Position numbers and translations under genes: made by a program. This document shows positions 1 to 10,190 of a DNA stretch of 60,038 nucleotides, piece by piece; positions within the stretch are counted from its first letter, which is position 1, and the number at the start of each line of letters is the position of its first letter. The stretch comes from Candidatus Ghiorseimicrobium undicola (GTDB taxonomy: Bacteria; Omnitrophota; Gorgyraeia; Ghiorseimicrobiales; Ghiorseimicrobiaceae): positions 1-60,038 of the forward strand of contig PCWA01000092.1 in NCBI GenBank assembly GCA_002796125.1. Direction: 5' to 3'. Under the pieces are notes generated by a model, which worked only from the letters and a program-made list of their open reading frames with translations, was not told the DNA's origin and made no database searches.

Positions 1-107
1 AAGGCGAACCTTGCCCGCTCGGCCTGCGTTACGCCCTGCTCAAAATCAGCCCAAGCCAGCAGGCGAATTTACACAATTTTCCGTATACTACTCCCGCTTC
101 TAGTTGT

Positions 108-136
108 TTGACAAAAACACGTAAATTCTATAGAAT
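108..136 (+). promoter_or_regulatory. sigma70-type promoter (TTGACA-17-TAGAAT)
   Basis: TTGACA at 108-113 and TAGAAT at 131-136, just upstream of ATG 143 (possibly a leaderless transcript). Confidence 0.6.
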
Positions 137-142
137 AGTCGT

Positions 143-1387
143 ATGACAATTAGAAATATTGATAAAAATTTCCGTATTTTTGCTTTAGTTTTTTTTCTGG
201 TTTCCGTAATTATCAGCATTTATTATTTTACGCGCATATATCAGCCGTGGGGTACCTGCTGGACGGATTTTACGGTGTTCCATAGGGCAGGGCAGAGGAT
301 AGCCAAGGCTGAGGCGATATACGATTTGTCCGATACGGCTGAATACGGAATCGATGTGTACAAATATTCTCCCGCCTTCGCTTATTTTATGGTGCCGTTT
401 ACTAAGCTGCATATGCATAAGTCGGTGAGCATATGGTATGCGCTTATTATACTTTTAACCCTGGCTTCACTGTATTTTATCAAGCAGCTGTTGATTTATT
501 ATAACCGAGGAGAAAAATTACCGAAATATTTTTATTTCGTAACATTGTTTTTAATTTTACGTTTTTACCTTAATATGATTTCGCGGGTGCAGGCCGATTT
601 TCTGGTTTTATTTTTTCTTTCGCTTATGTTCTGGCTGCTCCACTCTAAAAAGGAGGTTTTTGCGGGGCTGTCTTTGGCAACAGCCGTAATGATAAAATTA
701 ACGCCGCTTATATTTATACCGTATCTAATTTACCGCAGGTTTTATAAGGCCGCTTTCGCTTCTATCGTATGCGGCGCCGGTTATTTGCTGATTCCCGCTT
801 TTGGGCTTGGATGGAATGAAAATATTGCTTATATAAAAGGTTGGTTTAATATGCTTTCTGTCTCAACGCCTGATTTAATGCTCTGGTATAAAAATCAATC
901 GCTGGCAAGTTGTATTTTTAGGATGTTCTCCAATGATTCCAGGGTGAGTTTGATTGTCTTGCCGCCCCAAGTAATAAATATCATTTTTTTCCTTTTGGCA
1001 TCTCTGATGGTATTTTTTGTTTTGTATTCATGCAGGAAATTAATCATTAAGGAAGGCAAAGATTTCGCCTACGGCCATCTGCTTGAATCATCATTAATTA
1101 TCATATGCATGGTTTTATTTTCGCCTCTTGCCTGGAAACACACATTTCTACATTTAGTCGTACCGGTTATGGTTATTTTTTATTACATGCTTAAGAACAA
1201 AAAAGATCATCTTGCGAAGTATGCGCTGGCGGTATTTTTTATCTTGACCAGCGTGTTAAGCCCGGATATTTTAAAGTCTTATAATGAAATAGTAAGCCTT
1301 TATTCAACTATTACCTGGGCAGTGATTATTTTATTTATTTGCCTTATAAGGGCGGCCTGTAAATTATCCCGTCAGAATGCAGCATAA
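143..1387 (+). CDS. GT87/DUF2029-family polytopic membrane glycosyltransferase (GT-C, lipid-linked sugar donor)
   Basis: Many TM segments; motifs DFTVFHRAG, YKYSPAFA, IKLTP, NQSL and SPLAWKH typical of GT87. Confidence 0.8.
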   Translation: MTIRNIDKNFRIFALVFFLVSVIISIYYFTRIYQPWGTCWTDFTVFHRAGQRIAKAEAIYDLSDTAEYGIDVYKYSPAFAYFMVPFTKLHMHKSVSIWYALIILLTLASLYFIKQLLIYYNRGEKLPKYFYFVTLFLILRFYLNMISRVQADFLVLFFLSLMFWLLHSKKEVFAGLSLATAVMIKLTPLIFIPYLIYRRFYKAAFASIVCGAGYLLIPAFGLGWNENIAYIKGWFNMLSVSTPDLMLWYKNQSLASCIFRMFSNDSRVSLIVLPPQVINIIFFLLASLMVFFVLYSCRKLIIKEGKDFAYGHLLESSLIIICMVLFSPLAWKHTFLHLVVPVMVIFYYMLKNKKDHLAKYALAVFFILTSVLSPDILKSYNEIVSLYSTITWAVIILFICLIRAACKLSRQNAA

Positions 1388-2093
1388 GACATTAATCGTA
1401 ATACCTACTTATAATGAGAGAGACAATATCGGCCCGCTCATTAATGATATCTTTTGTATTTTACCTTATACCGATATTTTAATAGTAGATGATAATTCTC
1501 CGGATGGGACACAGGGCTTGGTTGAATCCCTTGCCAGTGCTAACGCGCGTATAAAGCTGATAAAAAGGCCGTCAAAAGCCGGTTTGGGCAGTGCCTATCT
1601 GCTGGGGTTTAAGCATGGCATAGATAATGGCTACGATTTTATTTTACAGATGGATGCCGATTATTCACATCAGCCAAAATATCTTAAAGAATTTTTAAAC
1701 CAAATTCGTTCTTATGATTTAGTAGTCGGTTCACGCTACATAACCGGCGGGGAAATAACAGGCTGGGGATTTTTTAGAAAGATGCTTAGTTATTGCGGTA
1801 ATTTATACGCCAGGTATTTTTTAGGCATACCGTTAAAAGATTTGACCGGAGGGTATAACTGTTATAGGCGAAAGGCATTGGAAGATATTTTAGGCTATCC
1901 TGGATTTTCAGACGGTTATATATTTCAAGTTGAAATGAAGTTGGTGGCATACAAAAAAGGTTTTCGGATTAAAGAGATACCCATAGTATTCGAAAACAGG
2001 CGGCGCGGCAAGTCAAAGATTTCTAAAAAAATAATTTTTCAGGCATTGGCTAAAGTTCCTTTGATACCCTGGCGCGTCAAAAGGGCTATTTAG
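1377..2093 (+). CDS. Polyprenol-monophosphomannose synthase-like GT2
   Basis: IPTYNE, VDDNSPDGT, QMDADYSH and DLTGG motifs; overlaps the GT87 stop codon. Confidence 0.9.
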   Translation: MQHKTLIVIPTYNERDNIGPLINDIFCILPYTDILIVDDNSPDGTQGLVESLASANARIKLIKRPSKAGLGSAYLLGFKHGIDNGYDFILQMDADYSHQPKYLKEFLNQIRSYDLVVGSRYITGGEITGWGFFRKMLSYCGNLYARYFLGIPLKDLTGGYNCYRRKALEDILGYPGFSDGYIFQVEMKLVAYKKGFRIKEIPIVFENRRRGKSKISKKIIFQALAKVPLIPWRVKRAI

Positions 2094-2127
2094 GAAGCCG
2101 TGTTTTTATTCGGCGGAGCATTCAATC

Positions 2128-2571
2128 ATGAGCCCTAGAGTACATTTGGCCGCTTCATTCACCATAGGCAGCCTGCTCTATTTATATTTTTATTCTTTCC
2201 AATCGGCTCTAATGGCGTTTGCCTGCGGTGTTTTGATAGACCTGGATCATTGCCTGGATTATTTATTGATTTACAGAAACGCGGATATAAAGCGGTTTTT
2301 TGATACTTATGCGCTTATATCATCGGCGCCGCTTGTAAAAAGATGCTATCTTTGGCTGCATTCTATAGAAGGTTTATTTTTATTTTGGTTTTTAATAAAT
2401 GAATTCAGTTTAGGCATTTTATGGGTGTCTGCGGCTATTGGTTTTACGCAACATATCGCACTCGATTATATATTCAATACAAGATATGCTAAACCTCATT
2501 TCTATTTTCTTGTTTTCAGGGCCTTAAACGGATTTGATCGCAGGCGCCTTTTTAAAAACACCCACGCATAA
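2128..2571 (+). CDS. Membrane-bound metal-dependent hydrolase (YdjM-like)
   Basis: Hydrophobic; N-terminal His, DLDH, HSIE and HIALD motifs. Confidence 0.6.
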   Translation: MSPRVHLAASFTIGSLLYLYFYSFQSALMAFACGVLIDLDHCLDYLLIYRNADIKRFFDTYALISSAPLVKRCYLWLHSIEGLFLFWFLINEFSLGILWVSAAIGFTQHIALDYIFNTRYAKPHFYFLVFRALNGFDRRRLFKNTHA

Positions 2572-2722
2572 AAAAATACTTGATTTTTATTTTGTTATAC
2601 ATTAATATAGCATCATGATGGATAAGTTGGCTGGTAAGGAATCAGGCGTAAAGATTAGAAACTCATCCTCTTCAAAGGGAGCATCTTGTATTAAAGTACT
2701 CGCGAGAGAGAAGGAGAATAAC

Positions 2723-3145
2723 GTGCCTTTACTTAAAATTTCCAATGAAACAAATAATTTGGCAAAAGGCAGTCTTGTATTTGGCTATCAGCTTTTATTG
2801 GATTTATATGATTGCAAGCCGGGTGCATGTGATGATATAGATCTTTGCTATAAATTTTTGGATGAAGTAGTAGATTTTTTAGGTATGGAAAAACAGGCGC
2901 CTCCTTATATTTTTAGAAGCGATGGCATAAAATTTCCGGATAAGGCGGGCCTGTCGGGGTGGGCGCCGTTGATAGAAAGCTCTATAGTTATCCATACTCT
3001 TACGCCAAAGAACTTTATATCTATAGATATATATTGCTGCCGCGAATTTGATGTCGAAAAGGCAAAGCAATTTTCACAAAGTTTTTTTATGTCCAAACGC
3101 ATAGACGGCCAGTTTGTTGAAAGAGGCCTGGATTATTATAAGTGA
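2723..3145 (+). CDS. Pyruvoyl-dependent decarboxylase proenzyme, S-adenosylmethionine decarboxylase (SpeD) family
   Basis: FGYQLLLDLYDC, GLSG..LIESSIVIHT (ES self-cleavage site) and DIYCC; likely GTG start at 2723 after AAGGAG (ORF track starts at 2615). Confidence 0.75.
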   Translation: MPLLKISNETNNLAKGSLVFGYQLLLDLYDCKPGACDDIDLCYKFLDEVVDFLGMEKQAPPYIFRSDGIKFPDKAGLSGWAPLIESSIVIHTLTPKNFISIDIYCCREFDVEKAKQFSQSFFMSKRIDGQFVERGLDYYK

Positions 3146-3314
3146 TTCTTGTGGATGAAGTTTTATCCTGCCTGAAAGTTATACCTGGAATCCGGCTTGC
3201 CTTTCCAAAATTAAATAAATAAAAATATTGACTTTTATAAAAATTGTGGTATATTAATATTCTTGTCAGTATTATTTTAGGCAATAATAATATACCTTTT
3301 TTTGGAGTTGTATC

Positions 3315-3746
3315 ATGAGAAAAACATTCATGGCCAAGAGTTGCGATATAAAGCGGGATTTATATCTAGTAGATGCGAAAGGCGAAGTGCTGGGTAGATT
3401 GGCAGCTAGCGTTGCCAGGATTCTACGCGGTAAACATAAGCCAATTTTTACTCCTCATGCGGATTGCGGCGACAGAGTGGTTGTAATTAATGCTAAAGAT
3501 ATAAGGGTAACAGGCAAAAAAGCCAAGGATAAGATTTACTGCCGTTATTCGGGATATCCCGGGGGATTAAGAGAGATGTCTTTTGAGGAGATGCTCATTA
3601 AAAATCCTACTCAGATTATTAAATTAGCGGTAAAGCGCATGCTGCCGATTAACGCTCTTGGCAGGGACATGTTTAAAAAGTTGCGGGTATATAAAGATGA
3701 CAAAACTCCGCAATTCTCACAAAAAATGATTAAATTATCTGTTTGA
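3315..3746 (+). CDS. rplM: 50S ribosomal protein L13
   Basis: LGRLAASVARILRGKHKPIFTPH and YSGYPGGL. Confidence 0.98.
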   Translation: MRKTFMAKSCDIKRDLYLVDAKGEVLGRLAASVARILRGKHKPIFTPHADCGDRVVVINAKDIRVTGKKAKDKIYCRYSGYPGGLREMSFEEMLIKNPTQIIKLAVKRMLPINALGRDMFKKLRVYKDDKTPQFSQKMIKLSV

Positions 3747-3769
3747 TCAGGGTTTAGGGAGGTATAATT

Positions 3770-4165
3770 TTGGATAAGGTTATTGAATACATAGCTACCG
3801 GCAGGCGTAAAGAAGCAGTAGCGAGCGTACGGCTCCTGCCCGGTAAAGGCAATATTTTGGTAAATAATTCTAACTGGAATAAATATTTTGTCCGTGAAAC
3901 AGATAGAATAATTATACGCCAGCCTTTTAAAGCAACGAACAGTTTAGATAAATTTGATTGTGTGGCCAAAGTGACTGGAGGGGGAATATCCGGCCAAGCC
4001 GGAGCTTTACGGCATGCTATTTCCAGGGCCTTAGTCAAAGCAGATGAAAGCGTTAAACCGGTTTTAAGGCAAGGGGGATTTTTAACCCGTGATCCGCGCA
4101 TGAAAGAGCGCAAAAAATTTGGCCGCAAAGGCGCTCGTAAGCGTTTTCAGTGGACGAAGAGGTAA
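3770..4165 (+). CDS. rpsI: 30S ribosomal protein S9
   Basis: TGRRKEAVA, GGGISGQAGA and RMKERKKFGRKGARKRFQWTKR; TTG start after GGAGG. Confidence 0.98.
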   Translation: MDKVIEYIATGRRKEAVASVRLLPGKGNILVNNSNWNKYFVRETDRIIIRQPFKATNSLDKFDCVAKVTGGGISGQAGALRHAISRALVKADESVKPVLRQGGFLTRDPRMKERKKFGRKGARKRFQWTKR

Positions 4166-4208
4166 TATAGATTATACTGATATCAGAAAAGATTTAAAAA
4201 TTTATATG

Positions 4209-4237
4209 AATCCCGCTGAAAAAGCGGGATTTTTTTT
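4209..4237 (+). terminator. Intrinsic terminator after rpsI
   Basis: AATCCCGCT-GAAAA-AGCGGGATT stem-loop followed by a T run. Confidence 0.85.
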
Positions 4238-4263
4238 CGCCGGAATCCAGACGAGAAAAAACC

Positions 4264-4292
4264 TTGCCCCGTTAGAAATTTTATGTTATTAT
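4264..4292 (+). promoter_or_regulatory. Probable promoter of the arg/lys operon
   Basis: TTGCCC-17-TATTAT with an extended TG, between the terminator and argC. Confidence 0.45.
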
Positions 4293-4344
4293 TGGGCATT
4301 GTAGACGAGAAGCTTAACGATGAATTTATAAGCTGGAGAAAATA

Positions 4345-5331
4345 ATGTTAAAGGTAGGTATAGTCGGGGCATCCGGTTACGCCGGAGAAGAACTTAATAA
4401 AATTTTGAGCCGCCATCGGAAGGTAAAAATCGTTTCTTTGTCCGCGACATACGCGCGCAAGGAGGCCGGCATAGAGGCATTTGATTTGAATAGAACTATA
4501 TCTTCCTGCGAGCTTGTTTTTTTCGCCCTCCCTCAGGCGCAATCAATGCGTTTTGTGCCGAAAGTTTTAGAAGCCGGAAAAAAAGTAATAGATTTGGGGG
4601 CTGATTACCGCCTAAAAAATATCCGGGAATATAAATTTTGGTATAATGCCGGGCACATTGATCAAAAAAACTTAAAATATTCCATATATGGTTTACCGGA
4701 AATTTATAAAGATAAAATAAAAAAAGCAAAACTTGTAGCTAATCCCGGCTGCTATCCGACAGCTGCTATTCTTTCGCTCGCGCCGCTCTTAAATAAGAAG
4801 CTAATAAAATCTGCGCCTATTGTTATAGACGCGAAGTCTGGGCTATCCGGAGCAGGGCGTAAAGCTGTAGAAGGCGGTTTGTCTGATGAGTTAAAAAATA
4901 ATTTCCGCCCTTATAAAATAAATTATCACCAGCATATGCCGGAGATAAATCAAGAACTGTCATTTATTTGTAAAAAAAAGGTATCGGTGAATTTTGTGCC
5001 GCATTTGCTGCCTTTATTCCGGGGTTTACTTACTACCACATATGTAAAATTATTACCAAAATCATCTTTATCTCAGGATAAAATCATTAAAATATACCGT
5101 CAATTTTATAAAGATCAGCCGTTTATACGTATCGCCGGCCAAGGGGAGACGCCTCAAGTAACGGATGTAGCAGGTACTAATTTTTGCAAAATCGGTATTT
5201 TTTGGAAAAATAAATCCGGCATGCTTGTTATAGTTAGCGCGATAGACAATTTGCTTAAAGGAGCGGCAGGGCAGGCTGTGCAAAATATGAATTTGATCTA
5301 CGGTTTCGGCGAAACAGAGGGTTTACTATGA
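4345..5331 (+). CDS. argC: N-acetyl-gamma-glutamyl-phosphate reductase
   Basis: GASGYAG, ANPGCYPT, SGLSGAG and DNLLKGAAGQA. Confidence 0.96.
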   Translation: MLKVGIVGASGYAGEELNKILSRHRKVKIVSLSATYARKEAGIEAFDLNRTISSCELVFFALPQAQSMRFVPKVLEAGKKVIDLGADYRLKNIREYKFWYNAGHIDQKNLKYSIYGLPEIYKDKIKKAKLVANPGCYPTAAILSLAPLLNKKLIKSAPIVIDAKSGLSGAGRKAVEGGLSDELKNNFRPYKINYHQHMPEINQELSFICKKKVSVNFVPHLLPLFRGLLTTTYVKLLPKSSLSQDKIIKIYRQFYKDQPFIRIAGQGETPQVTDVAGTNFCKIGIFWKNKSGMLVIVSAIDNLLKGAAGQAVQNMNLIYGFGETEGLL

Positions 5332-5332
5332 G

Positions 5333-5409
5333 CCCCGCCCTTCCTAAGAAAAAGAGAGTATTTTATTGAAGGGAATGGGGTAGCACTCTATAAGAAAGGA
5401 AGGGCGGGG
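5333..5409. repeat. Short element with 13-bp perfect terminal inverted repeats
   Basis: CCCCGCCCTTCCT (5333-5345) and AGGAAGGGCGGGG (5397-5409); fills the argC-argJ gap. Confidence 0.75.
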
Positions 5410-6551
5410 TGAAGTTTATCAATTATGGAGTTTGCGCGCCGTTGGGTTTTTTAGCTTCAGGCATTTCCTGCGGCATAAAAAATAAACGGAATAATAAAGA
5501 CTTGGCGCTTATTTATTCGCAGATTCCTGCCGTAAGCGCCGGCATGTTTACAACCAATACTTTCAAGGCCGCTCCTATCCGCATCAGCAAGAGGAATTTG
5601 TTTAATTCTAAGGCGCAGGCGATTATTGCCAATAGCGGCAATGCTAATTGCTTTACGGGTATTTGCGGTATAAATTATGCCCAAAGGATGAGCCAAGCAT
5701 GCGCCAAAGAATTATCTATAAATGCTAAAGATGTTTTGGTGGCTTCTACCGGAATTATCGCCAAACCCTTGCCGATAATTAAAATAGAAAAGCATGTGCC
5801 TGGTTTGGTAAAGGTATTGAGCAGGCAGGGGGGGCGCTCTGCGGCTGAGGCTATATTAACTACTGATAGCTTTTTAAAACAGGCGGCAGTAGAATTTAAG
5901 ATAGGTAAATCGAAAACACGCATAGGAGCTATTGCTAAGGGGGCAGGCATGATTGCGCCTAATATGTCTACAATGCTTTGTTTTATTACGACCGACGCAA
6001 AAATTAAACCTTTGGCTTTGAAACAGGCATTAAGGGACGCGGTGGGTAATTCTTTTAATAATATAACCATTGACGGCTGCATGAGTACTAACGATACGGT
6101 TTTCATTATGGCAAACGGATTATGCGGCAACAAAGAGATAAACTTTAAAGACAAGAATTTCGCTGTTTTTTCGCAAGCGCTTTCCGTTATATGCGATAAA
6201 ATGTCAAAGGCTATCGTGCGGGATGCTGAAGGGGCGACAAAATTTATCCGAATAAAGATAGAAGGGGCAAGCAGTGATTATATCGCCAGAGAAATAGGGT
6301 TATCAGTGGCGAATTCAAATCTTTTTAAAACAGCCGTATATGGGGAAAATCCTAATTGGGGTAGGATCATAGCTGCCGTAGGCTCATTAGGGCTGAATAT
6401 ACGGGAGAAGGCGATAAAGATAAAATTCAGTTCTTTTAAATCCAGCGATGTGACTATTGATATTGGCTTAAGTATGGGCAGGGGAAGGGCAAAAATTTAC
6501 ACTTCAGACCTTACGCCTAAATATATAAAGATTAACGCGGAATATAACTGA
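5409..6551 (+). CDS. argJ: Ornithine acetyltransferase / N-acetylglutamate synthase
   Basis: NSGNANC, KGAGMIAPNM-STML, DGCMSTNDT, DAEGATK and NWGRI. Confidence 0.96.
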   Translation: MKFINYGVCAPLGFLASGISCGIKNKRNNKDLALIYSQIPAVSAGMFTTNTFKAAPIRISKRNLFNSKAQAIIANSGNANCFTGICGINYAQRMSQACAKELSINAKDVLVASTGIIAKPLPIIKIEKHVPGLVKVLSRQGGRSAAEAILTTDSFLKQAAVEFKIGKSKTRIGAIAKGAGMIAPNMSTMLCFITTDAKIKPLALKQALRDAVGNSFNNITIDGCMSTNDTVFIMANGLCGNKEINFKDKNFAVFSQALSVICDKMSKAIVRDAEGATKFIRIKIEGASSDYIAREIGLSVANSNLFKTAVYGENPNWGRIIAAVGSLGLNIREKAIKIKFSSFKSSDVTIDIGLSMGRGRAKIYTSDLTPKYIKINAEYN

Positions 6552-6556
6552 AGCCG

Positions 6557-6587
6557 CAACTTATGGAGCGTAAGCGAACATAAGTTG
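6557..6587. repeat. Repeat family A, copy 1 (AACTTATG-GAGCGTAAGCGAA-CATAAGTT)
   Basis: Same core as the copies at 9833, 10063, 11362 and about 18167; directly after the argJ stop. Confidence 0.85.
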
Positions 6588-6600
6588 TATGGCTGAAGTT

Positions 6601-6705
6601 ACCCGGCACCCTTTTTAAAGGCAATATTTATCAAGAAAGATAAAAAAACGGATAGGAATTTTTAAGGTATATTTTAAAAACTCCCGGTAAAAAGTGGTGC
6701 GGGGT
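6601..6705. repeat. ACCC(C/G)G...CGGGGT terminal-inverted-repeat element
   Basis: ACCCGGCACCCTTTTT pairs imperfectly with AAAAAGTGGTGCGGGGT. Confidence 0.6.
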
Positions 6706-6718
6706 AGGAGAATTCGAC

Positions 6719-7573
6719 ATGGAGCATATAATCAAAAAGGCCGATGTTTTGATAGAGGCTTTACCTTATATTAAAAGGTTTCATAAGAAGACAACCGTGA
6801 TAAAATACGGCGGTAGTATTCTGGGTGAAGAAAAAATACGTTGCGGTGTTTTGGAGGATATAGTTTTTTTAAGCTATATGGGTTTGCGCCCGGTTTTAGT
6901 GCATGGCGGCGGCCCGAACATAAGCGAAAGGATGAAGTCTTCCGGGAAAAAAACTGATTTTGTCGAAGGCATGCGCGTAACCGATAATGAAACGCTGAAA
7001 ATTGTTTCTGAAGAGCTGGAGTCTTTGAATAAGCTTATTGTGAAAGAGATAGTAGATTTGGGCGCAAGAGCAAAGGGTTTAAACGGCAAGGATAATAATC
7101 TTATAGAGGCAAAGAAGAAAACAGCTAAGGTTGATCTCGGTTTTGTGGGGGATGTTGTCGGAGTCAACGCGGATTTAATTTCCCGCCAGCTAAATCAGGA
7201 TGTTATCCCGGTAATTTGCCCCATGGGAGCCGATAAGGATTCTATTGTTTATAATATTAATGCCGATGAGGCGGCAGCATGTGTTGCCGGCGCACTTTGC
7301 GCAGAGAAATTTGTCCTGCTTACTAATGTAAAAGGCATCATGCGTAATGCCGATGACGTTAATTCTTTTATCGCCGCATTAACTGTCAGGGAAATAGAGG
7401 GTTTGATTAAAGATAAAGTTATCCAGCAGGGAATGATCCCTAAGGTTAGCGCATGCGTTGCCGCGTTAAAGCACGGGGTTAAAAAAACCCATATTATTGA
7501 CGCGCGTATTTTGCACGCCCTTCTTTTAGAAATTTTTACCGACGAAGGGATAGGGACGGAAATTGTAAAATGA
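6719..7573 (+). CDS. argB: Acetylglutamate kinase
   Basis: VIKYGGS, VHGGGP, GMRVTD, NINAD and GMIPKV. Confidence 0.97.
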   Translation: MEHIIKKADVLIEALPYIKRFHKKTTVIKYGGSILGEEKIRCGVLEDIVFLSYMGLRPVLVHGGGPNISERMKSSGKKTDFVEGMRVTDNETLKIVSEELESLNKLIVKEIVDLGARAKGLNGKDNNLIEAKKKTAKVDLGFVGDVVGVNADLISRQLNQDVIPVICPMGADKDSIVYNINADEAAACVAGALCAEKFVLLTNVKGIMRNADDVNSFIAALTVREIEGLIKDKVIQQGMIPKVSACVAALKHGVKKTHIIDARILHALLLEIFTDEGIGTEIVK

Positions 7574-7576
7574 AGA

Positions 7577-7680
7577 ATTTAAAATGCAAAATGCAAAATT
7601 AAAATTGAAAATTTAGAATTCAAAATAATTTTTAATTTTGAATTACGGTTTTGAATTTTTCATTTTAGACTTTAAATTTT
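7577..7680. repeat. AT-rich imperfect long hairpin built from about 7-nt units (AAAATGC/AAAATT)
   Basis: A-rich repeated left arm and T-rich complementary right arm between argB and argD. Confidence 0.6.
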
Positions 7681-7683
7681 AAC

Positions 7684-8868
7684 ATGAATAAACAAGAGAT
7701 ATTTCAGGCTTATAATGATTATATCATGCCTACTTATGCGCGGCTGCCTTATATTTTCGTAAAAGGCAAGGGCGCGAAATTAGTGGATATTGATTCCAAA
7801 GAATACCTGGATTTTTTTCCAGGCTGGGGAGTTTCAAATTTAGGGCACTGCCATCACAAAGTAGTTTCTTCCGTGCGGGAGCAGGCAGGTAAATTAATAC
7901 ATTTACCTAATAATTTTTATTCTCTTCAGCAGGCGCAATTAGCAAAAGAGCTTATATCTGTTGCTTTCGCGGGCAAGGTTTTCTTTTGTAACTCCGGAGC
8001 GGAGGCGAATGAGGCGGCGATAAAACTTTCCCGTGTCTTCGGAGAGGGCAGGCGTTTTGAAATAATAACATTTGAGAATTCTTTTCATGGCAGGACGCTT
8101 GCTTGTGTATCTGCTACCGGGCAGCCGAAATACCAAGAGGGATTCGCGCCTCTGGTGCCGGAATTTAAGATAGTGCCGTTTAATGATATAGAGGCGGTAA
8201 AGAAAGCAATAAGCCCGAAAACTGTTGCTATAATGCTTGAGCTTGTGCAGGGTGAAGGAGGAATAAATGTCGCAGAAAAAGATTTTGTTAGGCAGTTGCG
8301 CCGGATATGCGATACGGACAAGCTTCTTTTAATAGTGGATGAGGTGCAAACCGGAATAGGCAGGACAGCTAAAATGTTTGCCTATCAGCATTATGGCATA
8401 GCCCCCGATATTATGACCCTTGCCAAGGCTTTAGGCGGAGGGATGCCAATAGGGGTGATGATGGCTAAAAAGGAGATAGCGGACTTGTTAAGGCCGGGTA
8501 TGCATGCTTCTACTTTCGGAGGAAGCCCTTTAGTATGTAAGGCGGCGCTTTCCGTACTGCGCGCGATAAGGAAAGAAAAATTATTAAATAAAGCTGAAGA
8601 TTCGGCAGTATATTTAAATAAAAAGTTAGCTTTTTTAAAAGATAGATATAAAACAATCAAAGAAATACGCGGATTAGGCCTGATGCTGGGTTTAGATCTC
8701 AACATAGACGGCTCGGCTATCGCAGGCGCCTGCCTTAAAAAAGGCTTGATTATTAATTGTACTCATCGTACAGTATTAAGGATGATGCCGGCGCTGGATG
8801 TTAGTAAAAAACAAATTGATAAGGCCGTAAAAATCCTTGATGCCGTATTATCGGAAAAGGCGCTTTAG
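7684..8868 (+). CDS. argD: Acetylornithine aminotransferase
   Basis: NSGAEANE, FHGRT, DEVQTGIGRT, AKALGGG and STFGG. Confidence 0.95.
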   Translation: MNKQEIFQAYNDYIMPTYARLPYIFVKGKGAKLVDIDSKEYLDFFPGWGVSNLGHCHHKVVSSVREQAGKLIHLPNNFYSLQQAQLAKELISVAFAGKVFFCNSGAEANEAAIKLSRVFGEGRRFEIITFENSFHGRTLACVSATGQPKYQEGFAPLVPEFKIVPFNDIEAVKKAISPKTVAIMLELVQGEGGINVAEKDFVRQLRRICDTDKLLLIVDEVQTGIGRTAKMFAYQHYGIAPDIMTLAKALGGGMPIGVMMAKKEIADLLRPGMHASTFGGSPLVCKAALSVLRAIRKEKLLNKAEDSAVYLNKKLAFLKDRYKTIKEIRGLGLMLGLDLNIDGSAIAGACLKKGLIINCTHRTVLRMMPALDVSKKQIDKAVKILDAVLSEKAL

Positions 8869-8916
8869 CAAAGCGTATTTTTTTAACCAATAAGAATTAA
8901 TACCCGCTGAAAACTT

Positions 8917-9828
8917 ATGAAACACCTGATATCGATTAAATACTTAAACCTTAAAGAGATCAATAGTATTTTTGCGATCGCCCAAGACGCAAAGAAAAAC
9001 AGGCGTAAGTATTCCGCGCTGCTTGCGGGAAAAAATATCGCCCTCATTTTTCAAAAACCATCGTTACGCACCAGGGTGTCTTTTGAGGTGGGTATAAGGC
9101 AGTTAGGCGGTAACTGTGTTTATCTTGGCTGTAACGAAATAAATTTAGGCGTCAGAGAAGCGGTTTCCGATGTGGCAAAGACACTCTCGCGGTATGTGGA
9201 TGGTATCGTGCTAAGGACTTTTGCCCATGAATACGTAGTTGAGCTGGCAAAATGTTCAAGCATCCCGGTAATAAACGGTTTATCCGATTTATTGCATCCC
9301 TGCCAGGCGCTATCGGATATTTTTACGATAAAGGAAAAGTTCAGGAAGCTGAATAAAGTTGTGCTGTCTTTTGTCGGCGATGGCAATAACGTCTGCAACA
9401 GCCTTTTATATTTATGCGCGAGCTTAGGGATGACATTGAACATTGCCTGCCCTGAGAATTACGCCCCGCAGCACCATGTAGTTGAGGAAGCAAAAGATAT
9501 CGCAAAGGCATCGGGGGCAAAAATAAATATTTCTCATGATGCGGATTTAGCCGTTAAGGACGCCGATGTGGTTTACACTGATGTATGGACCAGCATGGGT
9601 CAGGAGGCTGAGAAGGCGGAGAGATTGAAGGCGTTCAATAAATTCCAGATAAATGAGGCGCTGTTGGCTTTGGCCAATAAAGATTGCCTGGTTATGCATT
9701 GTCTGCCGGCGCATCGGGGAGAAGAAATAACCGATGCCGTATTAGACGGCAAGAATTCCATTGTTTTTGACCAGGCTGAAAACAGGCTGCATGTTCAAAA
9801 AGCGATATTGATTAAATTGTTTAAATGA
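8917..9828 (+). CDS. argF: Ornithine carbamoyltransferase
   Basis: SLRTRVSFE, HPCQ, HCLP and QAENRLH. Confidence 0.97.
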   Translation: MKHLISIKYLNLKEINSIFAIAQDAKKNRRKYSALLAGKNIALIFQKPSLRTRVSFEVGIRQLGGNCVYLGCNEINLGVREAVSDVAKTLSRYVDGIVLRTFAHEYVVELAKCSSIPVINGLSDLLHPCQALSDIFTIKEKFRKLNKVVLSFVGDGNNVCNSLLYLCASLGMTLNIACPENYAPQHHVVEEAKDIAKASGAKINISHDADLAVKDADVVYTDVWTSMGQEAEKAERLKAFNKFQINEALLALANKDCLVMHCLPAHRGEEITDAVLDGKNSIVFDQAENRLHVQKAILIKLFK

Positions 9829-10170
9829 GGACATAACTTATGGAGCGTAAGCGAACATAAGTTATCTGTCCGAATTTATCTCCTTGCTTAAGCAAGGGGT
9901 AAATTCTCTTGCGATAATTTACCCCTTAAGCTTCGGAGTAGATTAGAATTTAGTTTATGATAAATACGGCTTAACTCCGAACCTACCCGCAGCGTGCGCA
10001 GGAAATTTCTCCGAAATTTCCAAGCGTTTACGCAAGGGATATTGGATAACATTGGCGAGGACATAACTTATGGAGCGTAAGCGAACATAGGTTATTCGTC
10101 CGAACTTACCCCGAGAAGCAGCAAGTAGATTTCGAAGAAATATACGCAGCGCTTTGCTTCCGGGGTAGGA
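9826..10170. repeat. Composite cluster of palindromic repeats: family A copies 2 and 3, family B copy 1, and CCCC..GGGG hairpins
   Basis: Family A cores at 9833-9865 and 10063-10095; family B at 9987-10037; ACCCCGAGAAGC...GCTTCCGGGGT at about 10108-10166. Confidence 0.85.
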
Positions 10171-10190
10171 TGATATTGAGGGAGAAGTAG

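Noticed and set aside
9826-10170. Possible CRISPR array from repeated 33-bp palindromes
   Set aside because: Copies are dispersed and irregularly spaced, with no unique spacers of constant length and no cas genes.
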